From an uncultured Maribacter sp. (GTDB taxonomy: Bacteria; Bacteroidota; Bacteroidia; Flavobacteriales; Flavobacteriaceae), in contig CANMKG010000012.1 in assembly GCA_947498505.1 (NCBI GenBank), forward strand, positions 18,924 to 82,923: a stretch of DNA of 64,000 nucleotides. The letters are read 5' to 3'. The notes under the pieces were generated by a model. That model saw only the letters and a program-made list of their open reading frames with translations, did not search any database and was not told the DNA's origin. A program made the position numbers and the translations under genes. The stretch's first letter is position 1; the number at the start of each line of letters is the position of its first letter. Positions 55,634-64,000 of this stretch are shown piece by piece.

Positions 55634-56629
55634 TTAGTTTTTTAAGTTTTCCCAGTACCATTCGACTGCTTCTATTAATCCTGATTTAAAATCATATTTC
55701 GGATTGTAATTTAGTAATTCTTTTGCCTTAGCGATAGAAGCTAATGAGTGCGGAACATCCCCGACACGAACACTTCCGTAGTTAATATTTATATCTTCTA
55801 TTTTTTTATCAAACTTAGATAGGTGTCTTTTTAACAATTCTACCAGTTCGTTAAGTGATGTGCGCTCTCCATGGGCAATATTATATACGGTGTTAATCGC
55901 CTTTGGATTTTTTGTTATTAAGGCCTTGATATTTGCTTCCACAACATTTTCAATATATGTAAAGTCTCTAGAGAACGTTCCGTCACCATTAATACAAGGA
56001 GATTCGTGGTTTATGAGTTGAGTTACAAATTTGGGAATAACAGCTGCATAAGCACCATTTGGGTTTTGAAACCTTCCAAAAACGTTAAAATATCTTAACC
56101 CAATAGTTTCAATACCATAAGTGTTGCTGAAAACATCAGCATATAACTCATTAACGTATTTAGTTATAGCGTAAGGAGATATTGGTTTTCCAATTTTTTC
56201 CTCAATCTTGGGGAGTGTTTTTGAATCTCCATATGTGGAAGAACTTGCGGCGTATACAAAACGTTTTATTCCAGTTTCTTTAGATGCTACAAGCATGTTT
56301 AGAAAACCAGAAACATTTACTTCATTACTGGTTATGGGGTTACTAATGGATCTTGGTACAGAGCCCAAAGCTGCTTGATGTAAAACATAATCAACTTTTT
56401 CACAAGCTTCAAAGCATGTGGTGTAATTTCTTATGTCACCCTTTATGAATTCAAAATTAACATGATTGGATATTTCTTGCAGGTTTTCAATATTTCCTGT
56501 CGAAAGGTTGTCTAGGCAAATAACTTTGTTACCATTGTTTATCAATGTTTTACACAAGTTAGAGCCAATGAAGCCAGCTCCTCCAGTAACTAAAACAGAG
56601 TATTTTGAATTTAAGAAATTACTTTTCAT
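55634..56629 (-). CDS. SDR-family UDP-HexNAc(A) 4-epimerase (TviC/WbpP-like)
   Basis: 331 aa with VTGGAGFIGSN, the catalytic Y-x3-K (SPYAITKYV) and NVFGRFQNPNGAYAAVIPKF, typical of WbpP/TviC. Confidence 0.8.
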   Translation of the reverse strand: MKSNFLNSKYSVLVTGGAGFIGSNLCKTLINNGNKVICLDNLSTGNIENLQEISNHVNFEFIKGDIRNYTTCFEACEKVDYVLHQAALGSVPRSISNPITSNEVNVSGFLNMLVASKETGIKRFVYAASSSTYGDSKTLPKIEEKIGKPISPYAITKYVNELYADVFSNTYGIETIGLRYFNVFGRFQNPNGAYAAVIPKFVTQLINHESPCINGDGTFSRDFTYIENVVEANIKALITKNPKAINTVYNIAHGERTSLNELVELLKRHLSKFDKKIEDININYGSVRVGDVPHSLASIAKAKELLNYNPKYDFKSGLIEAVEWYWENLKN

Positions 56630-56715
56630 AATTTAGATATATAACTCGTAAATTGAAATTTTTCAAAAATAGGTATAGTTAATTTGTAAATTAAGTTAAC
56701 GTTGAAGTTTTGTTC

Positions 56716-56762
56716 AAAAAAAAACTTTCATTGATAATAAAAAGTATTGATCAATGAAAGTT
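56716..56762 (-). terminator. Strong rho-independent terminator downstream of ugd
   Basis: This is a perfect 13-bp stem: AACTTTCATTGAT (56723-56735) pairs with ATCAATGAAAGTT (56750-56762), with a 14-nt loop. On the minus strand the hairpin is followed by a U-run, seen as the plus-strand A-run at 56716-56722. Confidence 0.8.
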
Positions 56763-56786
56763 GCTATTTTAAGGTAAACAGAGTCT

Positions 56787-58184
56787 TTAAGACTGTCCTA
56801 TTTTGTAATATTTAAATCCAATACCTTCAATGTTTTCTTTATCTAAGATTCTTCTTCCATCAAACAAAAAAGCTGGTCTCAACATTTTTTCGTAAACGTT
56901 GTTCCAATCATAAGCTTTAAATTCATCCCATTCTGTTAAAATTGCTACAGCGTGGGCATTTTCCGCCGCTTCGATAGGGTTATTTACAACTTTAACTAGC
57001 TTTCTGTTTTCTTCGGGAGATCGCGTGTTTAAGTAGTCTAAGTCAGCATATATTGTTTCTGCAGATACTTTTGGGTCATAAATAACTATTTCCGCTCTTT
57101 CATCAAGTAATGCATCAGCAACATAAATTGCGGCAGATTCTCTAGTGTCGTTAGTATCTTTTTTGAATGCCCAACCGTAAAAAGCAATTTTTTTACCAGA
57201 AACAGTATTATATAAAGTAGTAATTATATTTTCTGCGAAACGCCTTTTTTGATAATCATTCATCAGAATTACTTGTTCCCAATAGTCAGCAACTTCTGGT
57301 AAACCAAAACTTTTAGCTATATATACCAGGTTAAGAATGTCTTTTTGAAAACATGATCCACCAAACCCTACAGAAGAGTTTAGAAATTTTGAACCTATTC
57401 TACTATCATATCCAATTGCTCTTGAAACTTCATCAACATTCGCATCTGTTTTTTCACATAATGCAGATATAGAATTAATAGAAGAAACTCTTTGAGCTAA
57501 GAAAGCATTGGCTACAAGCTTAGAAAGTTCAGAAGACCATACATTTGTCTGAAGTATTCTTTCTTTCGGAAGCCATTGTTCGTAGATGCTACTTAAGGTA
57601 TCTTTGGCTATTTGTCCAGTAGGGGTATCATCTCCACCAATCAACACCCTGTCAGCATTTAGTAAATCTTCAACAGCTGTACCTTCGGCAAGAAATTCAG
57701 GATTTGATAGAATTTCAAATTTAACGCCATTTCCAGTGTTGTGTAAAATACTTTTAATGGCTTGCGCAGTTCTAACAGGTAAAGTAGATTTTTCAACGAC
57801 AATTTTGTCCGTTTTTGCTACCTTAGCTATGTTACGAGCACAAAGTTCTATATATTTTAAATCTGCAGCTTGTCCTTTTCCTTTTCCGTAAGTTTTTGTA
57901 GGAGTATTTACAGATATAAAAACGACTTCTGCTTCGTCAATTGCCTTGTCCACCTCAGTAGAGAAAAAAAGGTTTTTACCCCTAGTTTCGGCAACAATTT
58001 CTTTTAACCCAGGTTCATAAATAGGAAGATTGTCTAAGTCAGAGTCATTCCATTGTGCAATTCTTTTTTCATTAATATCAACAACAGTAACCTCTATATC
58101 TGGACATTGTTTAGCTATAACAGACATTGTAGGGCCTCCTACATATCCAGCACCAATACAACATATTTTATTTACTTTTCTCAT
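56787..58184 (-). CDS. ugd: UDP-glucose 6-dehydrogenase (long, eukaryote-like type)
   Basis: 465 aa with [12 protein letters not shown] and the catalytic [10 protein letters not shown]. Length and conservation match the long form of Ugd. Confidence 0.9.
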   Translation of the reverse strand: MRKVNKICCIGAGYVGGPTMSVIAKQCPDIEVTVVDINEKRIAQWNDSDLDNLPIYEPGLKEIVAETRGKNLFFSTEVDKAIDEAEVVFISVNTPTKTYGKGKGQAADLKYIELCARNIAKVAKTDKIVVEKSTLPVRTAQAIKSILHNTGNGVKFEILSNPEFLAEGTAVEDLLNADRVLIGGDDTPTGQIAKDTLSSIYEQWLPKERILQTNVWSSELSKLVANAFLAQRVSSINSISALCEKTDANVDEVSRAIGYDSRIGSKFLNSSVGFGGSCFQKDILNLVYIAKSFGLPEVADYWEQVILMNDYQKRRFAENIITTLYNTVSGKKIAFYGWAFKKDTNDTRESAAIYVADALLDERAEIVIYDPKVSAETIYADLDYLNTRSPEENRKLVKVVNNPIEAAENAHAVAILTEWDEFKAYDWNNVYEKMLRPAFLFDGRRILDKENIEGIGFKYYKIGQS

Positions 58185-58251
58185 TTATTTTTTATTGGGT
58201 GTTTAGATTTTTTTTGCAAAGATTATTAAATAACTTAATATGATGGTAAAT

Positions 58252-58269
58252 ATAATCGATAAAATGACC
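58252..58269. promoter_or_regulatory. Possible further copy (C) of the recurring motif (ATAATCGATAAAATGACC)
   Basis: 14 of 17 positions match copy B2 (GTAATCGATGAAATGCA). It has the same orientation and lies 68-85 nt upstream of the ugd start. A second CGATAAAA lies at 58347-58354. Confidence 0.3.
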
Positions 58270-58387
58270 TTTTTAAAGTTTATGGGTTGTTTGATGATAT
58301 AATAGGGGGTCGTATGGTGTTTTTTATATAAAAAAGACCGTTTAACCGATAAAAACGAAATCTTAAACGAAATATAATTTAGATTGG

Positions 58388-58417
58388 TTTGATAACTGAA
58401 TTTGAGTACTATCTTTG
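58388..58417 (+). promoter_or_regulatory. Candidate Bacteroidota promoter (TTTG, 18-nt spacer, TATCTTTG) for the plus-strand arm (aminotransferase, dehydratase, wza, wzc)
   Basis: TATCTTTG (58410-58417) is an exact TAnnTTTG match. TTTG at 58388-58391 sits at about the expected -33 distance. The site is 58 nt upstream of the start at 58475. Confidence 0.45.
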
Positions 58418-58474
58418 GGGTCAAGATTATTGAACCCTAAATTAATACTAACCTAATAGTAAACTATAATTCTT

Positions 58475-59608
58475 TTGACAACTAAATCCAAAATTTGGCT
58501 TTCATCTCCTCACATGGGACATAATGAAGAGCATTATGTGAAGGAAGCTTTTGATACAAATTGGGTTGCTCCATTGGGACCCAACGTAACTTTATTTGAA
58601 GAAGCAATAACTAAATATGTTGGAGGTAATGTACATGTAGCTGCGCTAAGTGCAGGCACAGCGGCAATTCATTTAGCTCTTAAAATGTTAAATGTTTCTC
58701 ATGGAGATGAAGTAATTTGCCAAAGCTTTACTTTTTCAGCGTCTGCAAATCCCATAATGTATTTGGGAGCCACTCCTATTTTTGTGGATAGTGAAAGAGA
58801 TACATGGAATATATCTCCTGAGCTCCTTAAAGAAGCTATAGAGGATAGAATGGCTAAAGGGAAAAAACCAAAAGCAATTGTTGGTGTACACTTATATGGT
58901 ATGCCTTATAAAATAGATGAAATAAAAGCAGTAGCAGATGAATACGGTATTCCAATTGTAGAGGATAGTGCGGAAGCACTTGGTAGTAAATATAAGGGAG
59001 TACAATGTAGCAGTTTCGGTGATATAGGAATTTTATCTTTTAATGGGAATAAAATTATAACCACTTCAGGTGGTGGCGCTTTGGTTTCTAAAAAAGAAGA
59101 GTATAAGAAAAAAGCAATATTTTTAGCAACTCAAGCGAGAGATGATGCACCTCATTATCAGCATTCTAATGTTGGATTTAATTACAGGATGAGTAATGTT
59201 TTGGCTGGAATTGGAAGAGGACAAATGGAGGTTTTGGATGAAAGAGTTGCATCAAGAAGAGCTAATTATGAATTTTATGTTAATAAATTAGGTAAATTAG
59301 AGGGGGTAGAATTTGTTAAAGAGCCTGAAGGGTTTTATTCTAACAGATGGCTTACGTGCATATTAACAGATTCTTTTCAAGTTAGAGAAAATATTAGATT
59401 AAGGCTGCAAGAAGAAAATATTGAATCTAGACCATTGTGGAAACCAATGCACTTGCAACCGATTTTTGAAAAATACCCTAACTATTCAGATGGAACGTCT
59501 TTAGATTTATTTGAAAGAGGATTATGTCTACCAAGTGGTTCAAATTTAACCACTGAGGATTTAGAAAGAATAACCACCACAATCATTAAAGAACTCACCA
59601 ATGATTAA
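58475..59608 (+). CDS. DegT/DnrJ/EryC1/StrS-family PLP-dependent sugar aminotransferase (PglE/WcfR-like, UDP-4-keto-6-deoxy-HexNAc 4-aminotransferase)
   Basis: 377 aa with a TTG start. IWLSSPHMG..E..YV.EAFDTNWVAPLGPNV is a typical N-terminus. The PLP-lysine region is SFNGNKIITTSGGGAL. It is coupled to the downstream dehydratase by an 8-nt overlap. Confidence 0.85.
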   Translation: MTTKSKIWLSSPHMGHNEEHYVKEAFDTNWVAPLGPNVTLFEEAITKYVGGNVHVAALSAGTAAIHLALKMLNVSHGDEVICQSFTFSASANPIMYLGATPIFVDSERDTWNISPELLKEAIEDRMAKGKKPKAIVGVHLYGMPYKIDEIKAVADEYGIPIVEDSAEALGSKYKGVQCSSFGDIGILSFNGNKIITTSGGGALVSKKEEYKKKAIFLATQARDDAPHYQHSNVGFNYRMSNVLAGIGRGQMEVLDERVASRRANYEFYVNKLGKLEGVEFVKEPEGFYSNRWLTCILTDSFQVRENIRLRLQEENIESRPLWKPMHLQPIFEKYPNYSDGTSLDLFERGLCLPSGSNLTTEDLERITTTIIKELTND

Positions 59609-61535
59609 AAATTACTTAGTAAACAATGCCCATAGATACGCGTCTAAATGGCTAGTATTAGGGATAGATGTTTTTTTAATAATTTTTGCATTTGTATTGT
59701 CGTACTTAATAAGGTTTAATTTAACCTTGAATTTTGATATTGACAAACTATTGATACAATTGCCAATAGTAGCTACAATAGCAATAATTTCTTTTTTAAT
59801 AACCGGTTCGTATAAAGGAGTAGTAAGACATACAGGGGTTAGGGATGTTTATAACATTTTTAATGCAGTATGTTTGTCTAGTATCATAAGCATATTCATG
59901 GTTATTGGTAATAGAGAATTCGGATTAATAGATAGCTTTACGATTCCTTTATCAATAATAATAACTCATAGTTTAATCGGTTTTATTGCTTTAACAGCTG
60001 CGAGATATGTTTTTAAGACATTGTATTTTAATGTTGTTAAAAAGTTTAAATTAACCAAAAATGTGTTAATCTATGGAGCAGGAGAATCAGGTATTTTAAC
60101 TTATAATGCAATGACCAATCAGACTAGCAGTAGTTCAAGGGTAATTGGTTATATTGATGATGATTTAAAAAAAGTAGGGAAAAACATTAACGGTATACCT
60201 GTATATAGCAAACAAGATTTATCAGAATATTTTATAGCTAATAGAGATGTTTCTGAAATTATTGTTTCTATTAATAATGTGGAAAGCAGTAAACTAAGAG
60301 AGTTGGTAGAGAGTTTAGTTGAGTTTCCTGTAAAAGTTAAAATTGTACCTCCTGTTGAGAGCTGGATTAATGGAGAACTTAAGGTTTCTCAGATTAAACA
60401 GGTACAAATCGAAGATTTACTTAATCGTGTGCCAATAGATATTAAAAAATCTAAAATCTCGGAGGAATTAAAAGAGAAAGTGGTAATGGTTACTGGTGGA
60501 GCGGGTTCTATTGGAAGTGAAATAGTTAGGCAGATAGCTAATTATGACTATAAATCTTTAATTGTTATAGATCAAGCGGAATCAGCGTTGTATGATTTGC
60601 AACAAGAATTGAAGCAAAATGGCTTTCATAATTTTATTCCTATAGTTGCGGATATTAGGGATAAGAATAGGATGAATACTTTTTTTCAAGAATATAAGCC
60701 AACAACAGTGTTTCATGCAGCAGCATATAAACATGTACCCTTAATGGAATACAATTCTTATGAGGCAATCAAAATTAATGTTATTGGCACAAAAATAGTT
60801 GTTGATTTAGCACTTGCTCACAATGTGGAGAAATTTGTGTTTGTTTCCACGGATAAAGCGGTGAACCCCACTAACGTTATGGGAGCCACTAAACGAATTG
60901 CAGAGATGTATATTAGTAGTATGCAGCAAGAAAATAAAACTAAATTTATTACTACTAGATTTGGTAATGTTTTAGGTTCTAATGGATCAGTAATTCCTTT
61001 GTTTAAAAAACAAATTGAAAAAGGAGGTCCTTTAACCGTAACTCATAAAGATATTACAAGATATTTTATGACAATTCCCGAGGCATCTCAACTTGTGTTA
61101 GAAGCAGGAGCAATGGGGCAGGGAGGTGAAATATTTATTTTTGATATGGGTGAATCTGTCAAGATTTTCGATTTAGCCAAAAATATGATTAGACTATCTG
61201 GGCTTAAATACCCTGAAGATATTGATATTAAAGTTACTGGATTGCGCCCAGGAGAAAAGTTGTATGAGGAATTACTAGCAAATGGAGAGAATACGCTACC
61301 AACTTATCATAAGAAAATTTTAATCGGAAAAACAAGAGAGCTGGACTATTCCTTAGTCAGATCTAAAATTGACGAGTTATGTGTGTCCAACATGTTTTTT
61401 AATGGAAACACAGTAGCTTTAATGAAAGAAATTGTTCCAGAATATGTTTCTAACAATTCTGATTTATGTGAGTTTGACAAAAAGGAAAGAAATACAGTTA
61501 AAAACAAAGAAGATAAGAAGATATTGCAGTCATAA
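59601..61535 (+). CDS. Membrane-bound UDP-N-acetylglucosamine 4,6-dehydratase (CapD/PglF/WbpM family)
   Basis: 644 aa with four N-terminal TM helices. It has two Rossmann regions (IYGAGESG; VTGGAGSIGSE), plus VSTDKAVNPTNVMGATKR and TRFGNVLGS. Confidence 0.88.
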   Translation: MIKNYLVNNAHRYASKWLVLGIDVFLIIFAFVLSYLIRFNLTLNFDIDKLLIQLPIVATIAIISFLITGSYKGVVRHTGVRDVYNIFNAVCLSSIISIFMVIGNREFGLIDSFTIPLSIIITHSLIGFIALTAARYVFKTLYFNVVKKFKLTKNVLIYGAGESGILTYNAMTNQTSSSSRVIGYIDDDLKKVGKNINGIPVYSKQDLSEYFIANRDVSEIIVSINNVESSKLRELVESLVEFPVKVKIVPPVESWINGELKVSQIKQVQIEDLLNRVPIDIKKSKISEELKEKVVMVTGGAGSIGSEIVRQIANYDYKSLIVIDQAESALYDLQQELKQNGFHNFIPIVADIRDKNRMNTFFQEYKPTTVFHAAAYKHVPLMEYNSYEAIKINVIGTKIVVDLALAHNVEKFVFVSTDKAVNPTNVMGATKRIAEMYISSMQQENKTKFITTRFGNVLGSNGSVIPLFKKQIEKGGPLTVTHKDITRYFMTIPEASQLVLEAGAMGQGGEIFIFDMGESVKIFDLAKNMIRLSGLKYPEDIDIKVTGLRPGEKLYEELLANGENTLPTYHKKILIGKTRELDYSLVRSKIDELCVSNMFFNGNTVALMKEIVPEYVSNNSDLCEFDKKERNTVKNKEDKKILQS

Positions 61536-61569
61536 TTTTTTATTAATATTGCAGTCAAAACCATTAATT

Positions 61570-62349
61570 ATGTTCAGAAAAAGACGTTCTTTAAGTTTAT
61601 CAATGTTAGCACTTGTTATAGGTGTTCTTTTAATGTCCTCATGTGCTTCTAAAAAGGATGTTGTTTATTTTCAAAATACTGGTGATTTTGAAACACTAGT
61701 AGATAAAAATAGTTTTACACCTAAGTTTAAAGTGGATGATTTGGTAAACATTTATGTTTCTACTTTAGATAATGAGGCAAGTGTTCCTTTTAATTTGTTT
61801 AGAGGAGCTTCTGAAGGAGGAATAGCTCCAGAACAAGTTGATTATTTAGTAGATAAAGAAGGGGAAATTGATTTTCCTGTTGTTGGAAAAGTTAAAATAG
61901 CTGGTCTATCATCTGAAGAAGTAAGAATCTTACTAAGAGAAAAACTATCGGATTATTTAAAGAATCCAATAATAAACATTAGACTTAAAAACTTTACTGT
62001 AACTATATTAGGAGAGGTAAATAGACCGGGTACATATCCTGTAAATGGTGAGCGAATTACAGTTTTGGAAGCTTTAGGTTTGGCGGGAGATTTAACCATA
62101 AAAGGTATGAGAGAGAATGTTTTGGTAATAAGAGATTTTGACGGTACTAAAATTTATACTCGTATTAATTTAACCAATAAGCAAGCATTAAGTTCTCCAG
62201 TTTATTATTTAACGCAGAATGATGTTGTGTATGTTGAGCCAAATCAATCAGCTGTTACAGCATCAAGTCTAGATAACAGGGCAACGATTGCAATTTCTAT
62301 TGCCTCAGTATTAATTACTTCCTCAGTACTGTTATTAACAAGAAATTAA
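61570..62349 (+). CDS. wza: Polysaccharide export outer-membrane lipoprotein (Wza family)
   Basis: The lipoprotein signal is LLMSSCAS. It has a Poly_export motif region (FKVDDLVNIYV) and an SLBB domain. I chose the ATG at 61570 (MFRKRRSLSL...), because the track start at 61432 would overlap the dehydratase gene by 104 nt. Confidence 0.85.
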   Translation: MFRKRRSLSLSMLALVIGVLLMSSCASKKDVVYFQNTGDFETLVDKNSFTPKFKVDDLVNIYVSTLDNEASVPFNLFRGASEGGIAPEQVDYLVDKEGEIDFPVVGKVKIAGLSSEEVRILLREKLSDYLKNPIINIRLKNFTVTILGEVNRPGTYPVNGERITVLEALGLAGDLTIKGMRENVLVIRDFDGTKIYTRINLTNKQALSSPVYYLTQNDVVYVEPNQSAVTASSLDNRATIAISIASVLITSSVLLLTRN

Positions 62350-62376
62350 TTTTTTTCGACACATTTACTAAAAACT

Positions 62377-64000
62377 ATGAGCTTACAAGACGTATCTTCT
62401 GATAACAGTGTTGATTTAAAAGAAGTTGTTTTTAAATATCTTAAATATTGGAAATGGTTTGTTGTGTCTTCTGTGTTAGCATTGTTGTTAGCATTTGTTT
62501 ATATACGTTATACCACACCAGAATATAGTGCAGAAGCAAAAATTCAAATTTTAGACGATGATTCTGCAGGAGGAATTGATTTATTTAAGGAACTTGAAGT
62601 ATTTACAGGAGGAGGAAATGAAATTCTGGATGAAATAGAACTAATTTCTTCAAGATCTAATTTTATAGATGTTGTAAAGGAGTTAGATTTAAATATTAGA
62701 GTGTTGGCTTTGGGGAATGTTATTGATTCTGAATTATATAATACCTCTCCAATAAAAATTAACTTTATAGAGGCAGATTCTATCATTGATAAGTCCAATT
62801 TTGATTTTTATGTTGTACCAATGTCTTCTACCTCTTTTGGTTATAGTGAAGAAGAGGATAAGCCAACTAAAGCATTCTCTTTCGGAAAAAATATTTCTAC
62901 GCCTATCGGGGATATTGTTATAACACCAAATCAGAAATATTTTAATAAGTATAAGACAAAAAAATTAAGGGTTGTTATAGAACCAATTGGTAGAGTTGCT
63001 CAACGTTACCGAAATAAAATATCGGTTACAGATATTGATAAAACATCAAGTATTCTTAATATAAGTTTAACAGATCCCATAAAAGATAAAGCTAAACATA
63101 TTATTCAATCGTTAATTAGGACGTATAATTTAAATGCAATAGAGGATAAACAAATAATAGCGGACAAAACTTCAAATTTTATTAATGAAAGGATTGCAGA
63201 TATTTCTTCAAGTTTAACATCTGTGGATCAATCTGCTGAAGATTTTAAAACTGAGAAAGGAGTTACAGATATTGCTTCTGAAGCACGTATAAATCTTAAT
63301 GTTGGAGTAGCCAATCAGCAAGAATTAGCAAGCGCAAGAACACAATTGAATATTGCAGCTTCTATGAGTGAAATGATAGATCAGCAAGAGAGTTTAGATG
63401 TATTGCCAACTAACATTGGACTGTCTGATCCCACTATTGCAAGTACTACTGCAAGGTATAATCAATTGGTTCTGGAAAGACAACGGTTGCTTAAAAGTTC
63501 TAATGAGAAAAACCCTATAATTGTTAATTTGGATGAAGAAATTCAAGGGTTAAAACAAAGCATGCAGTCAAGTCTTAATAGTACAGTGAATAATTTAGGA
63601 CTTACAGTTAATTCATTGAGTGGCCAGCAAGCTCGCTTTAATTCTAAAATATATTCTTCTCCAAAAAACGAAAGAGCTCTTCGGGATATTACAAGAAAAC
63701 AGGAGACAACGGAGCAGTTATATTTGTATTTGTTACAAAAAAGGGAAGAAGCTCAAATTGCTGTTGCCTCTACAACCCCAAAATCTAAAACAGTAGATGA
63801 GGCTTATAGTCCAAGTGATTTTCCCGTATCACCCAAAAAGCCTTTAATATATTTAGCCTCATTGATTTTGGGAATGTTAATTCCTTTTTCATATCTATAT
63901 GTAAATGATTTATTAGATAATAAAATTCATAATATGTACTCACTTTCTAAATTGGCCAATAATGTTCCAGTTTTAGGTGAGTTGCCGAGACTTTCTAAAA
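62377..64000 (+). CDS. wzc: Polysaccharide co-polymerase / tyrosine autokinase (Wzc/GumC family), N-terminal ~540 aa; 3' end outside the window
   Basis: This ORF is not in the supplied track because it has no stop inside the window. The frame is open from the ATG at 62377 to nt 64000. It begins MSLQDVSSDNSVDLKEVVFKYLKYWKWFVVSSVLALLLAFVYIRYTTPEYSAEAKIQIL, a Wzz-type TM1. A long coiled-coil periplasmic region follows. A second TM (PLIYLASLILGMLIPFSYLY) lies near the window end. Confidence 0.85.
   Translation, partial: MSLQDVSSDNSVDLKEVVFKYLKYWKWFVVSSVLALLLAFVYIRYTTPEYSAEAKIQILDDDSAGGIDLFKELEVFTGGGNEILDEIELISSRSNFIDVVKELDLNIRVLALGNVIDSELYNTSPIKINFIEADSIIDKSNFDFYVVPMSSTSFGYSEEEDKPTKAFSFGKNISTPIGDIVITPNQKYFNKYKTKKLRVVIEPIGRVAQRYRNKISVTDIDKTSSILNISLTDPIKDKAKHIIQSLIRTYNLNAIEDKQIIADKTSNFINERIADISSSLTSVDQSAEDFKTEKGVTDIASEARINLNVGVANQQELASARTQLNIAASMSEMIDQQESLDVLPTNIGLSDPTIASTTARYNQLVLERQRLLKSSNEKNPIIVNLDEEIQGLKQSMQSSLNSTVNNLGLTVNSLSGQQARFNSKIYSSPKNERALRDITRKQETTEQLYLYLLQKREEAQIAVASTTPKSKTVDEAYSPSDFPVSPKKPLIYLASLILGMLIPFSYLYVNDLLDNKIHNMYSLSKLANNVPVLGELPRLSK

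Noticed and set aside
56723-56762. The TTTCATTGAT sequence in the ugd terminator stem resembles the reverse complement of the recurring TCGATGAAA motif.
   Set aside because: The match is short, has a C-to-T difference in the core and is in the opposite orientation. It is fully explained as part of a canonical terminator stem, so it is probably coincidental.
58203-58424. A 73-aa minus-strand ORF upstream of ugd with a hydrophobic C-terminal stretch (VILSIIFTIILSYLIIFA).
   Set aside because: It has a TTG start and a highly biased K/I/F/Y composition, as expected from translating AT-rich intergenic DNA. It covers the region that more plausibly holds the divergent promoters. I cannot exclude a small membrane protein, but the sequence gives no positive evidence for one.
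61432-61569. An N-terminal extension of the wza ORF in the track (start at 61432).
   Set aside because: It would overlap the dehydratase gene by 104 nt and place 46 non-signal-like residues before a clear lipoprotein signal peptide. The ATG at 61570 gives a canonical MFRKRRSLSL...LLMSSC start.

Overview
This window looks like a chromosomal segment of a low-GC Bacteroidota genome, most likely Flavobacteriaceae. Supporting signs are an SprB-repeat adhesin with a T9SS type-B C-terminal domain, TAnnTTTG-type promoter boxes, and a typical Flavobacteriia core gene set. It has two parts. (1) nt 1-29.7 kb is mainly housekeeping and envelope genes: an SprB-like adhesin fragment, a SAM-methyltransferase, an AI-2E transporter, DUF4159, rsmE, TfoX, tsaD, tamB, pfkA-gap, a BadF-type sugar kinase, ridA, an LptD-like protein, an amidase-SPOR protein, MlaD, a membrane HdrD-like Fe-S/CCG pair, a GH3/beta-lactamase fusion, bshA and OmpA. 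(2) nt 29.8-64.0 kb is one large Wzx/Wzy-dependent polysaccharide (capsule or O-antigen) locus that runs off the right edge. It has a long minus-strand arm and a plus-strand arm (aminotransferase, 4,6-dehydratase, wza, wzc) that diverge from a 290-bp control region at 58.2-58.5 kb. I found no tRNA, rRNA, CRISPR array, transposase, integrase or recognisable defence system. The best candidates for new biology all lie inside the polysaccharide locus. First, two tandem paralogous lipoproteins (48.9-54.0 kb) combine a DNRLRE/CBM96-like domain with a parallel beta-helix, and their upstream regions share a conserved motif and a perfect 13-bp palindrome. Second, a translationally coupled block (29.8-33.7 kb) contains an ATP-grasp ligase, a HAD hydrolase, a FemAB-like protein and an Acetyltransf_6 GNAT, which suggests aminoacyl or amide decoration of the glycan. 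Third, a YdjC/ChbG-type deacetylase sits on the opposite strand, and an extra cupin gene is inserted in the fnlABC block. All functional calls come from reading motifs in the supplied translations and from gene context. No database search, HMM scan or statistical computation was run.
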